Below, piece after piece: positions 1 through 8,811 of a stretch of DNA of 64,000 bases. Origin of the DNA: a virus. A model generated the notes under the pieces. The model ran no database searches. It saw nothing but the letters and a program-made list of their open reading frames with translations, and was not told the origin of the DNA. Numbering within the stretch: position 1 is the stretch's first letter; every line of letters starts with the position of its first letter. The translations under genes and the position numbers were made by a program. The stretch spans positions 1 to 64,000 of the IMG/VR virus record IMGVR_UViG_3300020174_000004. One strand, written 5' to 3'.

Positions 1-1
1 A

Positions 2-2260
2 AAAGAACCTTTGGATCTTAATAAGTTTCACAAGGTAGTAACTTGGGCGTGTGAAGGCTTGAACAGTGTATCTGTTTCTGAGATCGAAATTCGTTCACAT
101 ATTCAATTTTATAATGGAATTAAAACTACCGATATCCAAGAAACATTAATCAAAGCGGCGGCAGACCTTATCTCAGAGGAAAACCCTGGCTATCAATATG
201 CAGCTGGATGCTTGATTAATTATCATTTAAGGAAAAAGGTATATGGGCAGTTCGATCCTATTGATCTCGGTACTCACATTAGGAATGTTATCAATATCGG
301 ATACTATGATAAAGAAATATTATCTTGGTATTCTGATGACGATATTAACATTCTTAACAATTACATTGATCATCGGAGGGATTTTAATCTAGCTTATGTA
401 GGTATGGAACAGTTCCGTGGCAAGTATCTTATTAAGAATCGTGCTACTGGACAAATCTACGAAACTCCGCAGATGTGTTACATGCTCATTGCCATGGTTC
501 TGTTTCGTAACTATAAAGAAGATAGATTGAAATGGGTAAAGGACCTATACGATGCAACGTCTAATTTTGAAATTTCGCTACCAACTCCTATTATGGCAGG
601 CCTCAGGTCTCCTCAAAAGCAATTCAGTTCGTGCGTACTTATCGAGACAGATGATTCGTTGGACTCCATCAATTCTACAAGTTCCGCAATCGTTAAGTAT
701 GTTTCTCAGAAAGCTGGTATTGGCATCGGCGCTGGTCGTATTCGTGCTATCGGCTCTCCTATTCGCATGGGTGATGCTACGCATACTGGCGTCATTCCCT
801 TTTACAAACTCTTCCAAGCATCGGTTAAGTCTTGCTCACAAGGCGGTGTTCGAGGAGGTGCAGCAACTTTGTACTACCCTATCTGGCATCTTGAAGTCGA
901 AGACCTATTGGTCCTAAAGAATAATAAAGGTACAGAAGATAATCGTATTCGCCACCTCGACTATGGCGTTCAATTTAATAAGGTAATGTATGAACGACTC
1001 CTTTCCGGTGGCGTTATTACTCTATTCTCTCCCAATGATGTTCCTGATCTGTATGATGCTTTCTTTGTTGACGTAGATAAGTTTAGAGAGTTGTATGAGA
1101 AATATGAACGCTCAACAAAAATTAGAAAGAAAACGATTCCTGCTATTGAACTATTCTCTGCTTTTATGCAGGAACGTAAGGATACAGGTCGCATCTATCT
1201 AATGAATGTAGATCATGCAAATGATCATGGTTCTTTTATTAAAGAATTAGCACCTATTAAACAGAGCAACTTGTGCTGTGAAATAGACTTACCCACAAAG
1301 CCATTGAAGGATATTAATGATGAAGAAGGTGAAATTTCGCTATGTACTTTGGCTGCAATTAACTGGGGTAAGATAAATGATCCTGCTGACTTTGATCGCC
1401 CTTGCAATCTCGCTGTTCGGGCTCTTGATGAACTTTTGGATTATCAAGAATATCCAATACGTGCTGCAAGGTCCTCCACAATGGCTCGTAGACCTTTGGG
1501 TGTTGGGATCATTAATCTTGCTTATTGGTTGGCTAAAAATGGGCTATCATACTCTAATATTGATCATGAAGGTTTAAATAAATTACATGACTTTGTTGAA
1601 GGTTGGTCTTATTATCTAATTAAAGCATCAATCGATCTAGCAAAAGAAAAGGGTGCTTGTCCTAAGTCTAATGAGACTAAGTATGGTAATGGTATCATGC
1701 CAATTGATACATATAAAAGAGATGTTGATGAACTAACTGGTAAACCAACATATCGTTTTGATTGGAAGAAACTTGCTGAGGAAGCTAAAGAGCATGGAAT
1801 TAGAAACTCAACACTTATGGCTCTCATGCCATCAGAAACATCAGCACAGATTAGCAACTCGACTAATGGCATTGAACCACCCCGCTCTTTGGTCTCGGTT
1901 AAACAAAGTAAAGACGGTGTACTCAAGCAGGTGGTCCCGGAAATCCGTAAGCTCAAAAACAAGTATGATCTCCTCTGGGATCAAGCGTCACCGGAGGGTT
2001 ATCTTAAAATCTGTGCGATCCTCCAGAAGTTCATTGACCAAGGTATTTCTGTAAACACTTCATATAATCCTACATTTTATGAAGATGATAAAATTCCAAT
2101 GTCAGAAATGCTAAAGCATATGTTGATGTTTTATAAGTACGGTGGAAAGCAACTTTACTACTTTAACACCTTCGATGGTGCTGGGGAAATCGAAGATAAT
2201 CTACCAGAACTCTCAGCTGGCGCGCCCGACGAAGAAAATTGTGAGAGCTGTACCATATGA
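2..2260 (+). CDS. nrdA: Ribonucleotide reductase class Ia alpha subunit (5' end lies upstream of the window)
   Basis: ATP-cone remnant KEPLDLNKFHKV, PTPIMAG, SSCVLI, SCSQGGVRGG, QSNLCCEI, LMPSETS, C-terminal CESC; frame is open from position 2. Confidence 0.97.
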   Translation, partial: KEPLDLNKFHKVVTWACEGLNSVSVSEIEIRSHIQFYNGIKTTDIQETLIKAAADLISEENPGYQYAAGCLINYHLRKKVYGQFDPIDLGTHIRNVINIGYYDKEILSWYSDDDINILNNYIDHRRDFNLAYVGMEQFRGKYLIKNRATGQIYETPQMCYMLIAMVLFRNYKEDRLKWVKDLYDATSNFEISLPTPIMAGLRSPQKQFSSCVLIETDDSLDSINSTSSAIVKYVSQKAGIGIGAGRIRAIGSPIRMGDATHTGVIPFYKLFQASVKSCSQGGVRGGAATLYYPIWHLEVEDLLVLKNNKGTEDNRIRHLDYGVQFNKVMYERLLSGGVITLFSPNDVPDLYDAFFVDVDKFRELYEKYERSTKIRKKTIPAIELFSAFMQERKDTGRIYLMNVDHANDHGSFIKELAPIKQSNLCCEIDLPTKPLKDINDEEGEISLCTLAAINWGKINDPADFDRPCNLAVRALDELLDYQEYPIRAARSSTMARRPLGVGIINLAYWLAKNGLSYSNIDHEGLNKLHDFVEGWSYYLIKASIDLAKEKGACPKSNETKYGNGIMPIDTYKRDVDELTGKPTYRFDWKKLAEEAKEHGIRNSTLMALMPSETSAQISNSTNGIEPPRSLVSVKQSKDGVLKQVVPEIRKLKNKYDLLWDQASPEGYLKICAILQKFIDQGISVNTSYNPTFYEDDKIPMSEMLKHMLMFYKYGGKQLYYFNTFDGAGEIEDNLPELSAGAPDEENCESCTI

Positions 2261-2904
2261 GTTATATAAACGCTAATATTCCACCAATAGAAGCATTTGT
2301 AAGAACTAATTTTTTGCAAAATAGACCACACAAGTTTGCACAAAACGATGATTACTTGCCATGCCTTATTATAGGTGTGGCAAGCATACCAGGTATGGCA
2401 CCACTATTTCATTTTGTAATGGAAGATGGAGGACTTTGGTGGAGAATGCCTATTCATGCATTTTGTTCTAAAAAAGATACTCCTCAAGAAGAACTACATC
2501 AATTAGTTTTATGGGACAGTTTTAGTTATCATATTGGTGTAACAACTTTTAGTTTCCTTTCTAATAAAAAAATGGTATATTATAATAGAAATAAAGAAGA
2601 AAAATCTGGTAGATATTTGTTTACTTTAGACTGGGCTGCAGGAGATTCAAATGTTATTGATACAGGATTTTCCGAAATTCCAGGACAACATAAATGTGGA
2701 CATATTATAGAACTAGAAGATGGCAACTATGCGATTCAGCCTAATAATCGAGTTAAAGTTTTTGAACCATCATATATAACTAAATGGGGAAAGAACATTG
2801 TAGATCGTAGACTTGGTACTGAACTCTGGACAGTAGAAAATAAATCTAGATGGATTTTATCAGATGATGATCGTTACGAATATGAAATGGAAGAAAGAAA
2901 ATAA
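2257..2904 (+). CDS. Conserved phage hypothetical protein between nrdA and nrdB
   Basis: 215 aa ORF, ATGA overlap with nrdA; MSYINANIPP..., QHKCGH motif. Confidence 0.75.
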   Translation: MSYINANIPPIEAFVRTNFLQNRPHKFAQNDDYLPCLIIGVASIPGMAPLFHFVMEDGGLWWRMPIHAFCSKKDTPQEELHQLVLWDSFSYHIGVTTFSFLSNKKMVYYNRNKEEKSGRYLFTLDWAAGDSNVIDTGFSEIPGQHKCGHIIELEDGNYAIQPNNRVKVFEPSYITKWGKNIVDRRLGTELWTVENKSRWILSDDDRYEYEMEERK

Positions 2905-3999
2905 ATGAAAGTTTTCGACTACACTAATAAAAAAGATCATACACAAGTGAAGGCATTTTTTGATGACACACCCACTATTGCAAGATATGATAGACAAAAG
3001 TATGGATGGTTGGAAAAGCTCACAGACAGGCAACTCGGTTTTTTCTGGCGTCCTGAAGAAATTGAAATTTATAAAGACGCTAAAGATTTTAAAGATTTAA
3101 CTGTACATGAACAACATATCTTCACTAGTAACCTCAAGCGACAAATCCTACTCGATTCTGTACAAGGTAGAGCACCAACAGCAGCGTTTGGTCCTATTTG
3201 TTCCCTTCCAGAACTCGAAACATGGATCACTACCTGGACATTTAGCGAAACAATACACAGTAGAAGTTATACCCACATTATTAGGAACATATATTCGAAT
3301 CCCTCTAAAGTTTTTGATGAAATAAATGATATTGAAGAGATTGTAGACTGTGCAAAAGATATTAGTAAGTACTATGATGAGTTGATTTATTTTAATAATA
3401 AAATTGATCAAGATGTAAAAATTAATTATTCTAATTATGAACATAAGAAAGCACTTTGGCTTGCACTTATGTCGGTGAATGTTTTAGAAGGTATTCGTTT
3501 CTATGTTTCTTTTGCTTGTTCATGGGCATTTGCTGAATTGAAGAAGATGGAAGGTAATGCAAAGATCATTAAGTTGATTGCACGTGATGAAAATTTACAT
3601 CTTGCTGGAACTCAGCAATTGCTTAAAGCACTAGTCAAAGAAGATAAAGACTTTGAAATGATTCGTGATGAGACTGAATATGATTGCATTAGATTATTTG
3701 TTGATGCTGTTGAACAAGAAAAGAAATGGGCTAGATATCTTTTCAAAGATGGTTCTATGATTGGTCTAAATGAAGCATTGCTAAGTGAATATATAGAATG
3801 GATAGCAAATAAGAGAATGACTTCTATTGGATTAAAGCCTCCATATAAAGGTGGTTTTAATCCATTACCATGGACTGAGAAGTGGATTTCTGGTGCTGAA
3901 GTTCAAGTGGCACCACAAGAAACAGAAATTACTTCTTACATTGTTGGTGGTGTAAAGAAAGACGTTACTGAAGATACATTTAAGGGGTTTAGTTTGTAG
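2905..3999 (+). CDS. nrdB: Ribonucleotide reductase class Ia beta subunit
   Basis: FFWRPEE, LLDSVQGR, SETIHSRSYTH, LEGIRFYVSF, RDENLH, VAPQETEITSY. Confidence 0.97.
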   Translation: MKVFDYTNKKDHTQVKAFFDDTPTIARYDRQKYGWLEKLTDRQLGFFWRPEEIEIYKDAKDFKDLTVHEQHIFTSNLKRQILLDSVQGRAPTAAFGPICSLPELETWITTWTFSETIHSRSYTHIIRNIYSNPSKVFDEINDIEEIVDCAKDISKYYDELIYFNNKIDQDVKINYSNYEHKKALWLALMSVNVLEGIRFYVSFACSWAFAELKKMEGNAKIIKLIARDENLHLAGTQQLLKALVKEDKDFEMIRDETEYDCIRLFVDAVEQEKKWARYLFKDGSMIGLNEALLSEYIEWIANKRMTSIGLKPPYKGGFNPLPWTEKWISGAEVQVAPQETEITSYIVGGVKKDVTEDTFKGFSL

Positions 4000-4217
4000 T
4001 GACTGGAAAGATTATCTTATTAGAAGATATATATGAGATAAGAAAAAGAAAAGAGCAAGAGCTTCAGTTCTATCATAATGAACTTGAGAAGTTAAGAAAC
4101 AAATTGTTCTTTGTCCAGAAAGAGATTGATCTTACAAACTATATTATAGATATTATTGAACAAGAAAAAGTTGTTGATGTAAAACAACTAATAAAGGAGA
4201 AAGCTAGTGAAAAATGA
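3999..4217 (+). CDS. Small coiled-coil hypothetical protein
   Basis: 72 aa, GTG start overlapping the nrdB stop. Confidence 0.7.
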   Translation: MTGKIILLEDIYEIRKRKEQELQFYHNELEKLRNKLFFVQKEIDLTNYIIDIIEQEKVVDVKQLIKEKASEK

Positions 4218-4374
4218 AATTACATGTAATGAATGTGAAATCGAATTTGCTGTAGTTTCAGATTCAGACATGCCAGCAGAATTCTGTCCATTCTGTGGAG
4301 AAAAATTATCATATGATGATAAAGACTTAGATGAATGGCTTGAAGAAGATGAGATGAATCCTCGCGGCTGCTAA
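4207..4374 (+). CDS. Small zinc-ribbon protein (not in ORF track)
   Basis: Manual translation MKNEITCNECEIEF...AEFCPFCGEKL...C*; CxxC and CPFC; AAGGAG RBS upstream of GTG. Confidence 0.8.
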   Translation: MKNEITCNECEIEFAVVSDSDMPAEFCPFCGEKLSYDDKDLDEWLEEDEMNPRGC

Positions 4375-4407
4375 TAAATATTTAGGAACAAAGGAGTTCT
4401 TGAATAT
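4373..4407 (+). promoter_or_regulatory. Late-promoter-like box plus hairpin covering RBS and start of GIY-YIG gene
   Basis: AATAAATA 4373-4380; ATATTTAGGAAC (4378-4389) pairs with GTTCTTGAATAT (4396-4407), loop AAAGGA. Confidence 0.55.
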
Positions 4408-4819
4408 GTCTTATGATAACCCGTGGCTATATAAAAACAAAATATTTGATTCCGAAGATATTGACAATTATTATGGTTATGTTTATATTATAACAAATAT
4501 GACTAATAATATGAAATATATTGGAAAAAAATTCTTTTGGTCAACAAAATATAAAACCATAAAAAAGAAAAGAAAAAGATTAAAGGTTGAATCCAATTGG
4601 AAAGAATATTATGGATCTTCTGATATTCTTAATGAAATAGTAAAAGAGATTGGAGAACATAACTTTAAAAGAGAAATACTCAGGTTATGTAAAACAAAAG
4701 GTGAATGTTCTTATTTTGAAGCCAAAGAACAATTTCAATCCGATGCAGTCATCAGTGAAGAATATTATAATAAATGGATATCTGTTAGAGTTAGGCAGAC
4801 ACATTTAAAATTGGATTAA
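4406..4819 (+). CDS. GIY-YIG endonuclease (T4 EndoII/Seg-like)
   Basis: GYVYIITN...KYIGKK, YYGSS, FKREIL, YYN; ATG 4406 preferred (AAGGAG RBS). Confidence 0.85.
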   Translation: MSYDNPWLYKNKIFDSEDIDNYYGYVYIITNMTNNMKYIGKKFFWSTKYKTIKKKRKRLKVESNWKEYYGSSDILNEIVKEIGEHNFKREILRLCKTKGECSYFEAKEQFQSDAVISEEYYNKWISVRVRQTHLKLD

Positions 4820-4821
4820 TC

Positions 4822-5379
4822 ATGCATTTAGAAAAATATCTCGAATCAATAGTTAAGAACTATGATTTAGACGAAACATATCGTTATGTTGCTAATTTTG
4901 CTTTTTCTGCAAGACTAACTTACACTACTGAACAACCAGGTGCTATTAAGGTTGGTGATTTAAATGATGAAGCAAGAAATAATTTTTTAAATATAATAAA
5001 AAACGATATTAATATTAAAGAAAATATTGATATAATAAATTTTGCAAATGATTTTTCTCATAATGTTGGTTATGGAAAAATGTTTAATTTAAATTTAAAA
5101 AAATATTATTCCGGATATAATGAAAATCAAATATTAGATTTAAATAGATATAATATTTTACTTGATAGATATCATATTATATTAAAAAATGAAAATCAAA
5201 ATATTCATACTTTTGATGAAGGTAGTTTTGATTTAAAACAAGGTGAAATGTGGTGGTATAATATAAAAATGCATTATTCAAATCATAATGTATTTGAAAA
5301 TGAAAAAATTCATTTAATTATAGATGTTCTTCCATATAAAAATTATGATTTATTTAAATTAATAGAAAGTTATAATTAA
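4822..5379 (+). CDS. Aspartyl/asparaginyl beta-hydroxylase-like protein (degenerate paralog)
   Basis: DRYH, GEMWWYN...H, IHLIIDVLP; paralog of the next gene but lacks HxD. Confidence 0.65.
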   Translation: MHLEKYLESIVKNYDLDETYRYVANFAFSARLTYTTEQPGAIKVGDLNDEARNNFLNIIKNDINIKENIDIINFANDFSHNVGYGKMFNLNLKKYYSGYNENQILDLNRYNILLDRYHIILKNENQNIHTFDEGSFDLKQGEMWWYNIKMHYSNHNVFENEKIHLIIDVLPYKNYDLFKLIESYN

Positions 5380-6122
5380 TGTATTATGATGAACAAATAA
5401 ACAAAATTATAGATTATTATGATGAAAAAGATGATTTTAGAGTATTATGTGCACAAGCTTTTTCAGACATGTTATCAAGAGGTAAATCTATAAAACAACC
5501 AGGTGCAATAAAAATTGGTAAAATACCCGATGATAAAAGAATTACACTTTTAAAAATAATTCAACCACACTGGTGGGATCTTAATAAAAGTAGACAAAAT
5601 AAATATAAAGCTCAGGTTAATACAAAAAATATAGCTTTAAGGGTTCCTGAAAAATTAAATACAGAATCGGAATCAAAAGTTTGGTCTAGAAGAAGTATTA
5701 ATTCTCCTATTACACAAAAATATTATAGAGAATTAATTCCATATTTTAATTTTCTAGAAACTTTTTGTAAAATGCTAGGAACCGGTGAACTTGGAAATGT
5801 AACAATAACCAGTTTAAATTCTCACAGCGATGTAAAAACTCATTATGATCCTGGATGTTATTATATGTTAAGAGATAGATATCATGTTGTTCTTAGTTCT
5901 GAAGGTAGTAGACAGGTTTTTGAAGAAGATGAATACTTGTTTGAAGAAGGTGATATTTGGTGGTTTAATACACGAGTAAAACATTCTGCTTATAATGATA
6001 GTGATAATCCAAGAATTCATTTATTGATAGATATTCTTCCACAAAAAAATGTAAGAATTCAAGAATCATTAAATGAAAGAATGTATGATCATGATCCAAT
6101 TTTTATTAATAAAGGCGTCTAG
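5379..6122 (+). CDS. Aspartyl/asparaginyl beta-hydroxylase family 2OG-Fe(II) oxygenase
   Basis: HYD...RYHVVL...GDIWWFNTRVKHSAYN...RIHLLID. Confidence 0.8.
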   Translation: MYYDEQINKIIDYYDEKDDFRVLCAQAFSDMLSRGKSIKQPGAIKIGKIPDDKRITLLKIIQPHWWDLNKSRQNKYKAQVNTKNIALRVPEKLNTESESKVWSRRSINSPITQKYYRELIPYFNFLETFCKMLGTGELGNVTITSLNSHSDVKTHYDPGCYYMLRDRYHVVLSSEGSRQVFEEDEYLFEEGDIWWFNTRVKHSAYNDSDNPRIHLLIDILPQKNVRIQESLNERMYDHDPIFINKGV

Positions 6123-6192
6123 ATAAATAAAAAGTATTTCATTCATGGAGAATAAAAGGGACTAGGCGAATCCCATAACAAAGAGGACAAAA

Positions 6193-7104
6193 ATGAGAAT
6201 ATTCACACTAGCCATAGCAATGGCACTCGGCTTATTTTTTGCGATGCCAACACCAAGCGAAGCTAGACCAAATAGGTCTCATAGTAAAGTTGTAAAAAAG
6301 GATAAAAAGAAATTATATACATATCGTTGTAATGTATATAACAAAAAGAAGAAGTATCGCAAGTATCGTAAGTGGAAGAGATATTGCGATAGACTAAAGA
6401 AGATGGATTCGGTGCCAGCACAGACTGCTCCGAAACCAGAAAAGAAAGAAAATCAATATAGAGGTTTTTTTCAAAATTTCTTTAGTCAAAATGATAACTA
6501 TAATGAAGACAATAGTGCTGCTAGTTTCTTTGCTGCCGATAGAGCATTGATGGCATCTTTTAAAAAGAGAAATAAAGTTGTAGCAAAACCTACTAGAACT
6601 GCTCGTAAAAAGAAGGTTCGTAAGTTAAGACAGAGAACTCGTATTGTACTGTTTGAACAAAACAATAATGATGATTTTCCATTACCATTTCGTTCAATCT
6701 TTGAAAAGAATCATGTAGTAATTGCTCGTAAATATGAAGGTATGTCTGCTAGAAGAAATCGTCGTACACTTCGTACAGTTATGAAGATTGATCCTATGCG
6801 TATTCCTTGGTGTGCTGCTTTTGCTAATGCTATATTGAAGAAGGCAGGTCATGAAGGTACTGGGTCTCTAATGGCTCGTAGTTTTCTTTCTTATGGTAAG
6901 AAAACATGGAGACCTTCAAAAGGAGATATTGTAGTATTCAAGCGTGGTCGTTCTCGTAGATCAGGTCATGTTGGATTCTATATGGGCGAAACAGTTGTTC
7001 GTGGTGTTAGATATATACTAGTGTTGGGTGGTAATCAGCGTAAAGCTGTTAATGTGGCAATGTATCCAAAGAGAAAGGTTCTTGGATATCGTAGAATAGG
7101 ATAA
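6193..7104 (+). CDS. TIGR02594-family (NlpC/P60-CHAP-like) peptidoglycan hydrolase with signal peptide
   Basis: N-terminal hydrophobic signal ending SEA; PWCAAF, GDIVVF, GHVGF, LGGNQ. Confidence 0.85.
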   Translation: MRIFTLAIAMALGLFFAMPTPSEARPNRSHSKVVKKDKKKLYTYRCNVYNKKKKYRKYRKWKRYCDRLKKMDSVPAQTAPKPEKKENQYRGFFQNFFSQNDNYNEDNSAASFFAADRALMASFKKRNKVVAKPTRTARKKKVRKLRQRTRIVLFEQNNNDDFPLPFRSIFEKNHVVIARKYEGMSARRNRRTLRTVMKIDPMRIPWCAAFANAILKKAGHEGTGSLMARSFLSYGKKTWRPSKGDIVVFKRGRSRRSGHVGFYMGETVVRGVRYILVLGGNQRKAVNVAMYPKRKVLGYRRIG

Positions 7105-7108
7105 TGAA

Positions 7109-7276
7109 ATGCTTAATGAAGATATTGATTTTACTGAAGTAAATTTAAAATGGTGCGTAGATTGCCTAAATAAAATACAAGAAGTACTAAAGTCTGTTTC
7201 CGAACCGGAATCTAAAATTGCTTCTATTGAATGGTTGGTTAAACAGGCTTTAATAGGCACGGAAGAACGCGATTGA
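7109..7276 (+). CDS. Small hypothetical protein (not in ORF track)
   Basis: Manual translation MLNEDIDFTEVNLKWCVDCL...EERD*, 55 aa, fills the gap and overlaps next start. Confidence 0.55.
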   Translation: MLNEDIDFTEVNLKWCVDCLNKIQEVLKSVSEPESKIASIEWLVKQALIGTEERD

Positions 7277-7488
7277 ATACTGATAGAAATACCATAAGAA
7301 AATTAGCCAGACATCATAAAGTTCTGGAAAGCATGATATATCATTGTGAATCTAAAGAAGACTTATTGATTCTGGCTACAATTCTTATGACTACTTCTAA
7401 AAATATTTTCCTTGTGAATGCTGGCAGAGACAAAACTTTAGACGCTATAGAAATTTTATTAGATGATGTTATTTCAAGAATTGATTGA
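7273..7488 (+). CDS. Hypothetical protein
   Basis: 71 aa ORF, TTG start overlapping previous stop. Confidence 0.6.
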   Translation: MNTDRNTIRKLARHHKVLESMIYHCESKEDLLILATILMTTSKNIFLVNAGRDKTLDAIEILLDDVISRID

Positions 7489-7513
7489 CATTTTTTAGAG
7501 ACTATGATATAAT
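7485..7513 (+). promoter_or_regulatory. Consensus sigma70-type early promoter
   Basis: TTGACA-17 bp-TATAAT with extended TGn. Confidence 0.85.
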
Positions 7514-7545
7514 AATATTGTAACCTTGAAATGGAGAACACTGAA

Positions 7546-7659
7546 ATGAATTCTGATCTTGAAATTATGGTTGAAGCTGACATGATTGAAAACGGATATA
7601 ATCCAAGAATCTGGGCTGATGTTATAGAATATTGGAACGAGAAACTCAACAATGATTGA
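7546..7659 (+). CDS. Small acidic early protein (not in ORF track)
   Basis: MNSDLEIMVEADMIENGYNPRIWADVIEYWNEKLNND*, GGAG RBS, first gene after the promoter. Confidence 0.6.
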   Translation: MNSDLEIMVEADMIENGYNPRIWADVIEYWNEKLNND

Positions 7660-7906
7660 AATATATTCAAAGAAAGATTGTATCTTTTGTACCAAGGCAA
7701 AAATGGTTCTTGAATCAAAAGGCATTCCTTATAAGGAATTCTTGCTCGGTAAAGACTATGATCGTGAATGGATACTTTCTCATTATCCATCAGCCAGAAC
7801 ATTTCCTGTAATAGCCGAAGATGGAATGTTTCTTGGTGGGTATAATGATCTAGTAAAACAACTAAATGAACAGACTGAAACTAACACAACCCAGCTAAAT
7901 GGATAA
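7652..7906 (+). CDS. Glutaredoxin (NrdC/NrdH-like)
   Basis: IYSKKDCIFC, RTFPVI, GGYNDL. Confidence 0.92.
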   Translation: MIEIYSKKDCIFCTKAKMVLESKGIPYKEFLLGKDYDREWILSHYPSARTFPVIAEDGMFLGGYNDLVKQLNEQTETNTTQLNG

Positions 7907-7913
7907 ATAAATT

Positions 7914-8162
7914 ATGATTAATCGTGATGAGCTTGTGAATGCTCTTAGGAGCGGAATTGTTGAAGTTAACTTTACTAAGGTTAATGGTGAAGTTCGAACA
8001 ATGAAGTCTACTCTAAAAGAAGATCTTCTTCCACAACAAATTGACCTTGAAGAATCAATTTCGAAAAAGAAGAATGATAATGTAATTGCGATTTGGGAAG
8101 TTGATCTTAAATCCTGGCGTTCTTTTAGGATTGATTCTGTTAATGAGTGGAAACCTTTATGA
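7914..8162 (+). CDS. WYL_2/Sm-like domain protein (T4 61.1-like)
   Basis: VNFTKVNGEVRTM..TL, WRSFRIDSV. Confidence 0.8.
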   Translation: MINRDELVNALRSGIVEVNFTKVNGEVRTMKSTLKEDLLPQQIDLEESISKKKNDNVIAIWEVDLKSWRSFRIDSVNEWKPL

Positions 8163-8809
8163 GTTATAATGATCTAGTTGAAATTAGAAAAATTGATGTT
8201 ATGGGAGAAAATGATTGGTATTGGATTAAGTCCGATACCGGTTGTTTTGGTGATGAAAATGATGGTCCAATGCGGGATTGGATCAAAGGCCATAGCATAA
8301 AGTATTTTCATTATCTGAAGAATAGAGATGTAGTTGTTACTGGCGGAACTTCATGTGGAATGCATGCTCGTTTTTATGCCAAAAAGTTTAAATATGTATA
8401 TGCATTTGAACCTGATCCACTGAGCTTTCATTGTATGGTAAACAATACGCCTTTTGATAATGTCATTAAACTTAATGCAGCAATTGGCCATGGAAACGGC
8501 ATTGTTGGATTGCAACGTCCAAGCATGGATAATGTTGGAATGCATCATGTAACTAATCCAAATGAATTTCATGTTCCTATGATGTCAATTGATTCTTTGA
8601 ATCTTGATGCGTGTGATCTTATACAACTTGATGTTGAAGGATTTGAAAAGAATGCAATTCAAGGCGCAATCAACACCATTAATAAATTTAGGCCTGTTAT
8701 TATTGGTGAACGATTTGGAACTGATGAAAATAAAGAATATATGAAGTCTATTGGCTATAAAAATGTTGATAGATCCTTTATGGATTTTATATATGTATCT
8801 GGGGAATAA
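8147..8809 (+). CDS. FkbM-family SAM methyltransferase
   Basis: VYAFEPDP, LNAAIG, IDSL..DLIQLDVEGFE, RPVIIGE; start may be ATG 8159. Confidence 0.85.
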   Translation: METFMSYNDLVEIRKIDVMGENDWYWIKSDTGCFGDENDGPMRDWIKGHSIKYFHYLKNRDVVVTGGTSCGMHARFYAKKFKYVYAFEPDPLSFHCMVNNTPFDNVIKLNAAIGHGNGIVGLQRPSMDNVGMHHVTNPNEFHVPMMSIDSLNLDACDLIQLDVEGFEKNAIQGAINTINKFRPVIIGERFGTDENKEYMKSIGYKNVDRSFMDFIYVSGE

Positions 8810-8811
8810 TT

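Noticed and set aside
2-3999. Group I intron or intein in nrdA/nrdB
   Set aside because: Both genes are uninterrupted and of normal length
6158-6174. GGGA...TCCC hairpin as a riboswitch
   Set aside because: Only a short stem with no recognisable aptamer consensus
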